Assembly: GCF_963506605.1 (NCBI RefSeq)
Contig: NC_083279.1
Location: 5,704,001 to 5,768,000 of the forward strand
Direction: 5' to 3'
DNA from: Zootoca vivipara
Taxonomy: Eukaryota
Length of the DNA: 64,000 nucleotides
Shown: piece by piece, positions 51,220-63,859 of the stretch
How the letters are laid out: the number at the start of each line of letters is the position of its first letter
How positions within the stretch are numbered: position 1 is the stretch's first letter
Position numbers and translations under genes: made by a program
The notes under the pieces: model-generated
What the model was told of the DNA's origin: nothing
The model's input: the letters and a program-made list of their open reading frames with translations, nothing else
Database searches by the model: none

Positions 51220-53301
51220 TTCTAGTCTAATACTGTCTGCTTTGACCACCAGCAGCTCTCCATGTGCCAGTTGTGAGTTAGATCATTCCCAGCTAGCTCA
51301 GCTCATTGTAACTGGAGGTCCAGAGTCTGAAACTGGGACCTTAGTATGTGAGGCATGTGCTTTGGTTTAAATATGCAGAAGTGTGGATATGTCACAGTGC
51401 TTGTTTCATTATGAAACACAAACAATTGCTCTTATATTTTTGGTGACAGAATTTGACATCTTTCTGTCGTGAGAGGGGGTGGACATTGATGAACATTAAT
51501 TACAGATTGGCTCTGGATTTAAACTGCCATTTGAACTCGCTTCACAAAGGTGTACAATTAGCTTTGTCGTGCATGGAATAACATCCACATATTGGCTTAA
51601 ATACTATGTTTTGTATGTTCACAGGTGTATCAGAAATGGAAAAGCCTGATTCAAGTATTCTATTTTATTTTCTAAAAAATCCTCAATTTTTCTTCAAAGA
51701 TTTCCCAGTAGTTTATCTAGTCTATTTTTAATGAGTTCAGCTCTGGGATCTCTGCTACTTCTCTTGGCAGGCTATTCCACATTTTAATAGATCTTGCCAT
51801 TAGAAAGCTTGTCTTTGTACAGACAAGAGAACCTGTCTTTGCTTAATTTTATCCTGTAGGCCAACTTATTCACCTTGAAGTAGCACCAATTTCTCTTGTT
51901 GGACAATTATCACTGTCTACTAGAAATAAGGTTCTTGATATGGTCAATTCATCTGCTGGTAGGTCTGAAATAGTTGCTTGCTTCTTGGAGCTCTGAGACC
52001 ATCTCTTCATATTGGACTTCATTTAAGAGCATAGTGTTTGAAAACAAGCAAGCATAGATCTCTAATTGCATCAAATGCCCATTTTGTACTTCTTTCACAA
52101 ATGTAATACTCAAATGTCAAGTGGCTCAAAAATGTCTGCTGCTTGTCCTTCCTCTCTTGTGTGTATATAGTTTGGGCATCTTGGTTGTTTTCCAGATCTT
52201 GGCCACTCATTCCTTAAAGGTAGCAGCACCTGTTTGGGGGGTGCTCATTATCTATGATAGTTTTAGTATGAATCAGTAAATTCCATATGCACCTCTGAAG
52301 GTGAATATCCTTCTAGGCACCTTAGTGAATCTACCAGCGGGATAGAGCTTCTCCATTATCACAGTGTGGAGTGTAAGTTTGGGGGGGGGATGCGAGCAAG
52401 TTACTCATCACAGTATCTAGCAAACAGGTCACAGGCCAGGTTATTTGAGAGACTGCCTTATGCCTTATATTCCCAGTAGGTCACTGTGTTAGGCAGGGGA
52501 GTGTCTTCTTAAAGTCCTCCATGTATCAGAAGCCCACTCCATGTTTTTAGAATATGTTTATGAATTTATTTGAGATGAATGTATTGTTATTATATTTATT
52601 AAATTTGTATACTGCCCTATACCCATAGATCTCAGGATGGTTTACAACATAAAATCACAATAAAAAAAACACAAAATGCATAATAAAAATGAAAGCAAAA
52701 ATAACCCAATAATCCCCCCTTCCACAACAAATTTTAAAAGGGTCTGGTTAAAGACTAATATTTTTGCCTGGTGCCTAAAGATGTATAATGAAGACACCAG
52801 CCCAACCTCCCTGGAGAGAGTATTCCACAAACGGGGGTGGGTGGGGGTGGGGGAGGCACATTAGAGAAGGCTTGTTCTTGTGTTCCCACCTTTCAGACCT
52901 CTCTAGGAGGAGACACACAAAGAAGGGCCTCAGAAGATAATCTCAGGGTTCATATGGAGAGAGGCGGTCCTTGATATATTTTGGTCCTGAGCCTTTTAAG
53001 GCACTATGAATTGGACCGGCAAACTAAATGGTAGCCAGTGCTGTTGGACCAGGATTGGTGTAATATGCTCAAACCGCCTTGCCCCAGAGAGCAATCTGGC
53101 TGCAGGATTCTGTACCACTCTGAACCATCTCCAGAGGCAGCCCTACGTTTAGCGTGCTGCAGGAATCTAACCTTGAGGTTACTGAGCATAGACAGTAGTG
53201 AGGCCACCTGAGCCTCAATAACAGCAAAGGTGCAGGAGTACCCCCAAGCTATGTACCCACTCCAGCAGGATCCAGCAACCTCCCAGCCCTCTGGTCTAGG
53301 G

Positions 53302-53437
53302 CAGGCATCCCCAAACTTCAGCCCTCCAGATGTTTTGGACTACAATTCCCATCTTCCCTGACCACTGGTCCTGTTAGCTAGGGATCATGGGAGTTGTAGG
53401 CCAAAACATCTGGAGGGCCGCAGTTTGGGGATGCCTG
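53302..53437. mobile_element. 136-bp palindromic hAT MITE (copy 4), inside L2
   Basis: Same TIRs as copy 1. Perfect TSD GTCTAGGG. Confidence 0.93.
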
Positions 53438-53511
53438 GTCTAGGGAATCATCCAGTACCTCAGTCTTATCTGAATTGAGCTTCAGTTTGTTGTCTCTCAT
53501 CCAATCTATTA

Positions 53512-53739
53512 CAGTGGTACCTCGGTTTAAGAACAGTCCAGTTTAAGAACGATTTGGTTTACAAACTCCACAAAACCAGAAATAGTGTCCCGGTTTGAGT
53601 AGTTTACCTTGGTCTAAGAACGGAATCCAAACGGTGGAAGGGCAACAGCGACGGGAGGCCTCATTAGGGAAAGCGCCCCTCAGTTTAAGAATGGTTTCGG
53701 TTTAAGAACGGACTTAAACCGTAAACCGAGGAACCACTG
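53512..53739. mobile_element. Tc1/mariner-pogo (Tigger-like) MITE, inside L2
   Basis: TIRs CAGTGGTACCTCGGTTTA / TAAACCGAGGAACCACTG, TA on both sides, internal gtttaagaac repeats. Confidence 0.9.
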
Positions 53740-56700
53740 TATGAAGGGAAGACAACAGTCCAGCACATACTGTGCACTGCCTCATCTGCAGATGTAAAGG
53801 AGAAGAAGAGCTGTGTCACCAGCATATTGCTGACAACATACTCCAAGCCTTTGGATAACCCCACTCAACAGTTTCCTGAGGATGTTAAGCAGCATGGGGA
53901 TAGAATCAAACCCTGTGGAACCCCACATCAAAGGCTCCACTGGGCTGAAAAACACTCCCTAAGCAACACCCTCTGGGACTGCCACCCATCCCTAGTTCAG
54001 ACAGTCGCTCCAGAAGGATACCATGGTCAATGGCATCAAAAGCCACTGAGAGGTCAAGAATTAACAGGGACAGAATTCCCCTGTCTCTCTTCCAACAGAG
54101 GTCATCATACAGGGCCACCAAAGCAGTTTGAGTGCCAAAACCCTGTTTGAAATGGATATAGAAAATCCATTTCCTCCAAGAATGCTTGGATCTGGTCTGT
54201 GACCACCTGCTCTAGAACCTTGCTCAAGAAAGGGAGAATGGCTGGTAGTTATATTTTCTGAATCCAGGGAGGGTTTCTTAAAGAGTGGTTTTACCACCTT
54301 TTGTAAAGAGACATTAACCACCTCCTGGCCCAGCCTGCTGGCTAGAAGGGCAAGGGTTTAGAGCGCAAGTGGTTCCCGTACCGATACAAGTATCATGTCC
54401 ACATCCTCAAGCCTTACCAACAGAAACTCATCCAATGCAAAATGACTAGACAGTGCTCTGAACACCCCATGATATTCATCCGCTATAACAGCATAGTCAA
54501 GATCTCGGTAGATGCAAGATATTTTAGCCTCAAAATGCTTTGCAAACAACTCTCAGTGAACTTTCATTGGTTCTACTACCTTCTTTGGGCCAGACTGTAA
54601 AAGGTGATCATGTCAATGGCCTGAGCCATTTGGATGTTCCAGAAGTTGGCCAAGGCTTCAACAAGGGCACCAGTCATATCAGCCAGAAAAAAACAACAAC
54701 CAAACCATCTAGAAGTCCACTGGATCCATCAGTTTTCCGTACACCACTTAGACATATTTAAAATATATTAAGCAGTATAGAAACTAAATCATAATCATCA
54801 GCCTCTAAGGATGGATTGCCCTAAGGACGGATCACCTTTCCGGAGAGGAAAAGGTGCTGAAATCAACAGGAAGTGATCTGACCATGACAAGGGCCTGATG
54901 TCAATGTCCCCCAATGAATGTAAAAGCCGATTCATAAATTACTAAAACTAGCAAAACCATCCCACTATAAGGACTGTAAGAATAGTACTCCTGGATTGGA
55001 CTAAAGGGGTATTTAGATGCATCAGTCTGCATCTAACCACGACCCACCAGATACCTCTGGAAAGGGCAGGTACATAAAGGCAACAACCATACCACTTTTG
55101 TCCTCAGAATCTGATAGGAATTCATGCCATCACTGAACACGAGGGCCTATATGGGATTCATTTAGAATTGTTTAGTTACATAATGCCAGAAAGAATTTGA
55201 TTCATGTTTCACATCCATCCTGCCAGTTACTGCTGCAGAAAATAGAGGCATTTAAACAAAAGAATGGGAAACAGAATGACAACACCCACCATTGTTCTAC
55301 CAGTACCAATGCTAAGTGTGTGTAATTACCATAAAACAGTGGATAGCTCTCTTCTTAAGCAATGGCTCTTTGATACAGTTTGGCAGTACTATGACAGAAG
55401 CTATTTGACGTGCACTTACCATATCAGGGCCCAGCACCTGCACGGCAGACACCCATCAAAGCACTCCTTCAGAAGGGTGAAAGAATCACCATTTGTAATG
55501 CAATAATTAGGCTGGGTAGAAGGGCCTTTAAAAGAAATTCAATCTAGCCTACTCTCCACATCTGACACTGCTCTCCTAGCAGATTGTTGAAATAACAAGA
55601 GCACACCTGGTAAGAAGTTCCGCAAAACACCTGTGTCTCCTTTCCTTACCATTCCAGCTCTTCTTAAAATGTAATTAGCAGAGATGAGGTACAGGTAGCA
55701 GAAAATTCCTTTGCTGCAGTCAGTAGTTTCTTGCCCCCAATCTGGGAATGACTGGAGGCTTTCTGTGCAGTGAAACTGCTTCAATGATTCTGAGGCCTTA
55801 GGGCATGTGAGGCTGAGGTCAAAAACGGCCCAAAGGGCAGCACTAGATGTGTGTAGCTAGCACATCCCAGAAGCCTGGCAGTGTAGCAAGGGGTGGGGAA
55901 TTTGGCCAACTTCTCACTGCCTATAAAGTTTCATTTCCACCTATAAGGTCTGCAATGTAACAAACCATTGACATGCACATTGTCCCTGCAGATGCTACTA
56001 AATATGTGTATTACCTACTGATTCTAAAAGTTAAATAAGCTGTGCAATACACATTTTAGTTCCCGGGTGCAGATTTTTCAAGTACTTCTTGTTTCTCTTG
56101 AAGTGTGCTGTCCTTAGTAGTTATGTCTTTTGTTCAAGCTGCTGAGTGTTCTGAATTTGTCACCTTGCCAATAAATATCTGCCTTTCAGATGTTAAATGA
56201 GCTCCCTGAAGTTTTCCCCATGCTTTTGTTTGAGAATATCAGCCAAACCTTTGATCTGAACCATTATTATTACCTGAGAAAAAAAGGAAAAGAGGGCAGT
56301 GCAGAAAATATTCCTCCTCAATATCTTTTAGTTAACACTGCAAAAAGAAGGGTAACTCTTTTCTAAATTAACCCTCCATTAATTAGTTAGGCCATTAATT
56401 TTGCTTCAGAGTCCGAGAATTGGTTCAGAACTTATTTTGGCTTCTGTCCTACCCTACTGATGAGATGTGCTACGGTGAAGCGCAGAGCTGTTCACAGTCT
56501 TTTATTTCTGAGACTTGGACAGGTATAATAGGGAAAGAGGAATTGGCTTTCTCTTGCCGTACTTACTCATAACATCAAAAGTGCCATTTCCACATTAACC
56601 CCTGACAGTGAGATGTGCCTCACCTAATGGCCTTATGGAGAAGAATGGACACAAGAAGCATGATGCTTCGAGGAAGTGCTACTGCAACTCCATCCAAAGT

Positions 56701-56847
56701 GATCTTGTAAGTTCTTCATATGTTTAACTGTGGGGAAAATGCCATTTGTGGAAAACCTGTACCGGAGTACCACGGTTGCATCTTTCCTTGCTTGCTTAAA
56801 TCTGGTTCGGGCATCTTCTTGAATGCTTCCTGATTATCCTTGACAAA

Positions 56848-57347
56848 CACCTTTGAAGGTGACTTGGAAACTAAAACTAATCCAGAATGCGGCAGCTAGA
56901 CTGGTGACTGGGAACACCAGTCCTAAAGAATCTTCTCTGGCTCCCAGTATGTTTCTGAGCTCAATTCAAAGTTTTGGTGCTGACCTTTGAAGCCCTAAAT
57001 GGCCTCAGCCCATAGTACCTGAAGGAGTTTATCCACCCCCATCGCTCAGCCCAGACACTGAGGTCCTCCTCTGAGGGTCTTCTGCTGGTTCCCTCACTGT
57101 GAGAAGTGAAGTCACAGGGCACCAGGTAGAGGGCCTTCTCAGTAGTGGCGCCCTCCCTGTGGAACGCCCTCCCTTCAGATGTCAAAGAGATAAAGAATTA
57201 CACAACTTTCAGAAGAAATCTGAAGGCAGCCTGTATTGGGAGGTTTTTAACGCTTTATGTTTTAGATATGCTATAAGCCACCCAGAGTAGCTGGGGAAAC
57301 CCAGCTAGATTTGAGGGGTATAAATAATAAAGTTGTTGTTGTTGTTG
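56848..57347 (+). mobile_element. L2 LINE 3' end
   Basis: Codes degenerate LKVTWKL.LIQNAAARLVTG..., RAFSVVAPSLWNALP, then a 3'UTR and (GTT)n tail. Confidence 0.88.
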
Positions 57348-58183
57348 ACTACTTCTACTAGAAAATACCATAGAATTGATGGAAGCTGAGACAAAAGGAG
57401 TTGCTTTTGTGAACAGTTCTCGCAGCATCAAGAAGTGTGGTTTCATTTCATTTTTAACAAAGGTGTTGAAAATCGTTGCCGACTGAGAGTGAGGCTCAGT
57501 TTGGCACTCATATGAAACTAGCTACATCAAGTCTTTGTGATGCTATCTGATTTGCTACATGTTCCCTGACTGATTTGAATCACCTCACTGTTTTCACAGG
57601 AAGACCGTCCAGAAAACATGAGAAAACAGTGCTGAAGCAGGGCTAGGTTTCGGGGTAGGCTGGAGAAGCCACTTTGGCAAACAGAGCAGGGACGGAGCAA
57701 ATGTTCTTAATATTAGGAATCTGAGAGGGGAGTAAATCATTTGGCTTTCCCCCAAAGCAGGCAAATACAACACAACAGTGGAAAAATTAGGTACTTAAAA
57801 TCATCATGCTCACTCCCCTCATCTAGTAGAGGAGCAGCTTTTGCTCTTGGCCCTACATGTGGGAAATAGCGTTCAAGGGCTGCCTGAAAAACCTCCTGTG
57901 GCCGGTGGGAGGGCTTTGGGGAGCAGCCTGTCATATATATGTCCAGGCTTCCCACTCAGTTCTGTTCATATTGGCATGGGCACAGCTGCCCCTGGCACAG
58001 TGTGGGTTATCCTGGTTGCCATTTTCATTTAGAGCCACAAATATATTTTTTCCTCATAATTGGCTTTGGGCCAGATATTTGTTGCCTTTCTCACCTTATA
58101 TCACACTGGTTTAACCTACAGTGCTAGGTTTGTAATTTTGGCAGATACACTGCAGGATAAGGCAGGGGGCCCTGGACAAATAT

Positions 58184-58249
<66 letters not shown>
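58184..58249. repeat. (AAC)n microsatellite
   Basis: Direct observation. Confidence 0.95.
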
Positions 58250-60601
58250 GGTTTTCTGATACCTAGCCAACAGTGCCTCAAGGCCCAAAGGTGCAAACAG
58301 TTTGGCCAGCTCATCCAACTCAGTACAGTACTTCAAGTTTGGGCATGTGTGTTTCAATAAATTTTGTTGCTTATTTAAATCTCAGGAACTATTCTTAAGC
58401 TTTCTTTATGGGGGTTCAGGGACAACAGGGTGCATGGGAGAGAGAATAATTAAATGGCATGTGTAAAAAAAACACAGTTTGAAGAAGACTGGTTTTGTTT
58501 TGTTTTTTAATAAAGGACAAAGAATGGGTGGACTTGAATATGCACACATTTTAAAATAGCCTGATATATGTGTTTAATTTGTAGTTTATTTAGCCTTAAC
58601 TTTTTCAAAAGCAGAACTGATCCAATTCAAAGTTAGTGCTGCAAATACTTTAAATATTTATTATTATATTGTTCCCTGGCAAAAAGGAGCTATTTTTCCA
58701 ATCCTCACTTGTAACTGTTTTCACTGTAGACATTGAGGACAGAGTTGCACATAATGCAAAAGGACATTTCCAAGACAGCAGATGGTAGATTTGCTGCCAA
58801 ATGTCACCTAAATCAAAATCTGAAGGCAATCTGGAGATTCCTGAGAGAAATCTCCATGGAATTTCAAGAGAAGCCAGCTTTTACCTGGCCAGCAACATTT
58901 CTCCCGAGACTTTCATTCATCTTTACATTGCCACCAACTTCCACCAGAAGCAAATTCCGAGATGGATTTGAGGAGTTTTGCTTCCATAAAAGCTCTCGAA
59001 AAAAATGTCAAGGGAAGCCGTAAGAGCAGCAACAGCCCCAGGAGAGTTTTGCACATTCCTAACAGAACAAAATAAAAAAACAAATTCAGACAGTTCCTGA
59101 TGTGTCTCCTTAGAAACCTAACTTAATCCTGACTACTTGGAAGTAGGGCCCATTGATTTTCATACACTGAACTTACTTCAAGGAAGAACACACTTGAGAA
59201 CACTACCCTGGTCTGTTTAAGATTGTGTAAGATGTGCAGGCGCAATACTGGGTTTGGGGGCAGATTCATTCGTTTCAATGCAGCTTGTTCAGGAGGGATT
59301 CCAGGTGGATGGTGCCTATTATATTCTACCTGTCAGGCACAGAATTCATTCTGTGATATGGAGAGAATACAAATAAATATGTTTAAAGTATAAATATGTG
59401 GTTATACCTACAGGCATTGCTCTTAGGGTGACAAGATCAAATTAGATTTAAGCTTTAGGCATGATATCCATCAAGTGGAATGAATGCAGACTTTCTCCTG
59501 CACACAGAAAGATCTGCCTGGCAGCTAAACCCATAATAGCAAAATACTGCACACTGTGTATATATAGCTAGATACTGTGCAGTCTTTATTACGACAGAGA
59601 TTCAGGACACACCATTGAATTTCTTTTGTAGGCCACGAAAAAAAGTAAGCATAATCCTGATTTTTATATATGAATGCTTCTACAACAGCTAGAGATGCAT
59701 CTCATGTACACACAGACAGTTAACCCAAATTAAGTGACTATAAGCTTTTTTTAAAATGAAAAAAATGGAGAACTGACCTGATCAGTACAACCTACAATAA
59801 AAAGTGGGTAAGTTAAAAGTACTGATGGGTGAACTGACTCCATCATCATTTATTTATTATATAATCAATTGTGGAGAATTTTAAAGGAAGCCAAAAGATT
59901 TGTTTCCGCTCCATCCCTGCGCAAAAAAAGGCCAATTCTTAAATCTGAATTCTAAAATTTTGCCACTTCTCAGCATTGCTGCCTTGACTCTTTGTTTTCA
60001 GTTTTTGACATACGGGAAAAGGGAGCTAGCTATTCTCATTCTCTGAAGGGGATAAAAGAAGCGTAGTATTTGACCTTGGACCCATTTTTTGTAGCAATAC
60101 ACGAAGCAGCATGAGAAGGATGTTGTATTTGTCAAGTACAAAGTTATGCTCTCAGCACAAGACAGATAAGTGTTATCCATCTGCAAAGACAAATATCTAT
60201 CTCTTGCTGTTCACTTTGTAAAGAGGTAACAGACAGCACCACTTCATGCTCCTGGCTCCTCTATTATTCGGTTTGGGGTGTGTTTTAAAGCAAACAATAA
60301 AAATATGATTGACATTCAAGTCAATAGTAAACGTTATTCTCAAAAAAATAATTCTAGCTAGACAACTGTACAAAAAGTCATAATTACAGTGGAAACCTGC
60401 CTGTGGTACATTTAGCTTTATGGGAGGCTGACACAGTTGTATCAGAAGAAGGATGGAGAATCTAAACAATTGCTGTCCAACAATTAATGCAACCTGAGGG
60501 GAAAGTGGATCAACTTCTCTTCTAGTCACAAAGAAACAGCCTGAACAAATGAAACTCAGGTTTCAAATTGGCGTAGCATATGATCATAGAATAATAGAAT
60601 T

Positions 60602-61222
60602 GTGGCACTGTGGTCTAAACCACAGAGCCTAGGGCTTGCCGATCAGAAGGTCGGCTGTTCGAATCCCTGCGATGGGGTGAGCTCCCGTTGTTCGGTCCCA
60701 GCTCCTGCCCACCTAGCAGTTTGAAAGCACGCCAAAGTGCAAGTACAGTCATACCTCGGGTTAACTATGCTGCGGGTTGGGTACTTTCAAGTTGCGTACT
60801 TGGCGGACCTGGAAGTGTTTACTTCCGGGTTCCGCCGCGCTTTGCGCATGCGCAGAAGCGTTCTGCGCACTTTGCACATGCGCAGAAGCATTCTGCGCGC
60901 TTCACGCATGCGGAGAAGTGCTCTATCAGTGCTTTGCACAAACACACTATAGCTGCTCAGGTTGAGTACTTTTTGGGGTGCAAATGGCAGCCCGGAATGG
61001 ATTGAGTACTCAACCCAAGGTACCACTGTAGATAAATAGGTACCGCTCCGGCGGGAAGGTAAACAGCGTTTCTGTGCGCTGCTCTGGTTTCGCCAGAAAC
61101 GGCTTAGACATGCTGGCCACATGACCCGGAAGCTGTACGCTGGCTCCCTCGGCCAGTAAAGCAAGATGAGCGCCGCAACCCCAGAGTCATCTGTGACTAA
61201 TGGTCAGGGGTCCCTTTATCTT
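60602..61222 (+). mobile_element. Sauria SINE interrupted by a MITE and itself inserted in a CR1 tail
   Basis: SINE body is split at gtgcaagTA|TAgataaatagg. The flanks (tcatagaataatagaattg / gggtcatctagtccaacc) join into the CR1-tail motif also seen at 36360 and 45001. Confidence 0.9.
60746..61028. mobile_element. Tigger-like MITE nested in the Sauria SINE
   Basis: TIRs CAGTCATACCTCGGGTT / AACCCAAGGTACCACTG, duplicated TA (60744-60745 / 61029-61030), and three internal tandem copies of a ~29-bp unit. Confidence 0.92.
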
Positions 61223-61855
61223 TAATGGGCCATTTGGGTCATCTAGTCCAACCTCCTGCAATGCAGGAATATTTTCCCCAATGTGGGGCTTGAACCCACA
61301 ACTTCTTCATTTAAACATTTCCCTACACTTGGAAAGCAAGCATGTGATTGAGAAATGTACTAGCCTAACAGTTTCTCTGATGTCCATTTCTTGGCAAAGG
61401 GCCTAGCCAAGCACAGAATTCTCCTCCTGCTTTTTGTTGTGGCATAATCCCAATATGATTGTACCATTTATTTCCACACTTACAATTAACTTTTACTATA
61501 TCGAGTCTGCAGTGATACCCAACACCTAACAAGACACTGCCAGATCATGTTTACGGTGTGTAAAAATTGTTGGGGGTTTTCTGCTTTGCATTTGAAGATA
61601 TTAGCTTTTATTTCACAGTAATTCAAATATGTGGGCTGCAAGGAAGCTGAGGTTTTCTTCTGACATAGCTTGCTCTCACTCTACTTGATATTTCAGAAAT
61701 CTGAGGCCCTGTGCGAGGAGTTCATGCCAAACCCTCTTCGCATATCAGTGCTTCTGCAGCTCAGAACTGGGGCCAACCACGGGGGGGGGGGGCACCCTAC
61801 TGCAGCCACTGCCATTCCACTAAAAGATTAGGTCAGCGTGGGCCCAGGGACAGTT

Positions 61856-61872
61856 AGTGCCCCCTGGAGGGA
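61856..61872 (-). promoter_or_regulatory. CTCF-like motif
   Basis: Minus strand TCCCTCCAGGGGGCACT. Motif match only. Confidence 0.35.
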
Positions 61873-62687
61873 CCAAAGTTGTTCTATTAAAAAGCACCTA
61901 ATAATTTCCAAGCATTGAAACAAAACAGATGATTATGTTGTGGAAATATTGATATTCACAAAGGATGCACATGAAAAGGAAGGTTTTGGACTAAATTTAT
62001 CAAGTGGCTCCTCTGTTAAGAGCAGGTGTGAATACCACCTGCTCACAGGAACTTTGTGGCATGTTAATGAAATTCGCAGATGACACTCAAATTAGAAGGT
62101 GATAAAATAGCAGCAAGGGGCACAGTCAGTCTAGAAATGCGAGCAGAACAACATAATGAGATTTGTTTTCTGTTTTTGTTTTTTTAAAAAACGCACCTTG
62201 TCACATCTTGAGGGGAAATACTTCACAACACAAGTTGCCTTCAGTGAGATGAAACACATTTACCAAACAAAATGAAGCACTCGTGTGTCTGTATACAAAA
62301 AAAGCACTTTCCATTACTTACCATATTAACAATGGCCAATAAAATATACATCACAACAGATGAAATATCCTGACGGTTAATGAATGTGTAACAAATACTG
62401 GGTCAAGTACACTAAAGTATGGGTCCTCAGAAGGGCACAATCATGGAACTCCTGCATGCCCAGCTATACCAGTGAACATATGTTTAACAAATGTATAGCC
62501 CTTACAGCTAGCTGACACCAATTTTTGTGTTTAAGTTGGGTCCTTTGTGAGGCGATCAGCTTATCTGTTTGTCAGACCACTGTCTGAAGAAGCTGCTTAA
62601 CAACGCAATAAAAGGTCTCTACCGGTAGTTGTTTGCTCCTAGCATGACTGGGACTGCGGTTACAATGCAGACATCCAAAAGAAAATA

Positions 62688-63284
62688 CACCCTTCTGCAA
62701 ATTAATTGAAACAAAGCATGTTTTCTATCTTACTTGTAATCCTGTACTCAAAACAAACATGAAAATTCAGTTGATCATTATGGTGTCGGAAGCCTGCAGC
62801 CAATAGAAGGAATGATGTGCTCGCCACAATATATTGAGGTTCTACAAGAGAGAGTTATCCCAGAGCTGGAAAAGAGGTATCCTGACGGTACTGAGATATT
62901 GCAGCAGGACCTAGCCCCCTGTCACACATCGAAAGTGGTGAAGAAATTCATGACAGAGCAGCAAATACAGGTACTTGATTGGCCAGGGAATTCCCCGGAC
63001 GTAAATCCCATTGAGAATTTGTGGGCTATATGCAAAAGTAGCCTCCATACTGTAGACTGTACGACTATGGAGAAGCTCATTCAGGCACTGATTCAAGTGT
63101 GGTACAGGGATCTGAAAATCAACAATGACTGTTTGAAACTAGTAGACTCCGTGTCAAACTGTGTGCAAATGCTGCTTAAAAATAGCAGAGGTCGTATCCA
63201 TTACTAATGTGAATTTTGTAAATGTATATGTGAGTTTTGTACAATAAACTACATTGTTTGTATCAATTAATTTGCACAAGGGTG
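62688..63284 (+). mobile_element. Internally deleted Tc1 (DD34E) transposon with both TIRs
   Basis: Left TIR CACCCTTCTGCAAATTAATTGAAACAAA follows TA. Right TIR reverse complement is CACCCTTGTGCAAATTAATTGATACAAA (26/28 identical). The element encloses a transposase C-terminal ORF. Confidence 0.92.
62776..63207 (+). pseudogene. Tc1-family transposase, C-terminal catalytic fragment
   Basis: YGVGSLQPIEGMM...ILQQDLAPCHTS...LDWPGNSPDVNPIENLW, with exactly 34 residues between D and E. It lacks the N-terminal DNA-binding domain and the first catalytic D. Confidence 0.92.
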
Positions 63285-63859
63285 TGTATATATAAAGAGA
63301 GAGAGAACACAAATAGATGCAAGAGTGACAGACTGATATGCAGAAGCCTAGTATTAAGTGAAGTTGAGTGCGGTATCTACTATTGATTAGTGGAGCAGTT
63401 TGCATTGGCATTTGTTCTCAGCTTGTGAGTAATTGTCCATAACAGTCCAGCTAAGATTTCATCCAGGCTTAAAAAAAAAGACACATTGCCTTTCAGTATG
63501 TCTTTCTCCCAACTCCCACCTTCAATACATTTCATGATCACTTTCCAGCTCACATTTTTCCATTAGTGTGTTAAGTTTCCGACAGAGTAGTGCAAGCTGG
63601 AGTGGCAACTTCTCTGAGTGGCGCATTGTGAGGATCTAATAATTTGGATAAGCTTTCCAGGCTCAGGGCTCAAAAGTAGCAATGGCACAGCTGACTCTGA
63701 TGAGGTGAGGTTATCTCCAGTCCCAAAAGATTCTGCAGCTGTTTTACTGCCCAAGCAGTAAATGCCTGTGTCTTTAATGGAAGCCTAGACCGCCGAATTC
63801 AAACATGTAACACTTCCCTGAGACAGAGATTGTGTAACAGAAAAATATTTTATTAGGAA

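Larger units (their letters stand above)
52585..54770 (-). mobile_element. L2 LINE, ~2 kb decayed copy hosting two MITEs
   Basis: Minus-strand RT motifs VVKPLFKKPSLD, LLILDLSVAFDAIDHGILLERL, a degenerate YADDTQL (QYAGDTQL), and a 3'UTR with aataaa tail near 52590. Confidence 0.88.

Noticed and set aside
57570-57660. Good plus-strand acceptor (ctcactgttttcacag) with a downstream GT
   Set aside because: All three frames contain stops within 55 nt and the donor is weak. No support without transcripts.
60840-60920. Short regularly spaced repeats (CRISPR-like at first glance)
   Set aside because: Eukaryotic DNA with tandem units lacking unique spacers, located inside a MITE.
63563-63820. Minus-strand peptide DTGIYCLGSKTAAESFGTG resembling an immunoglobulin V-domain F/G strand, near a splice acceptor
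   Set aside because: There is an in-frame TAG just upstream, all three frames from the acceptor hit stops, and no other Ig motifs are present. Treated as coincidence.
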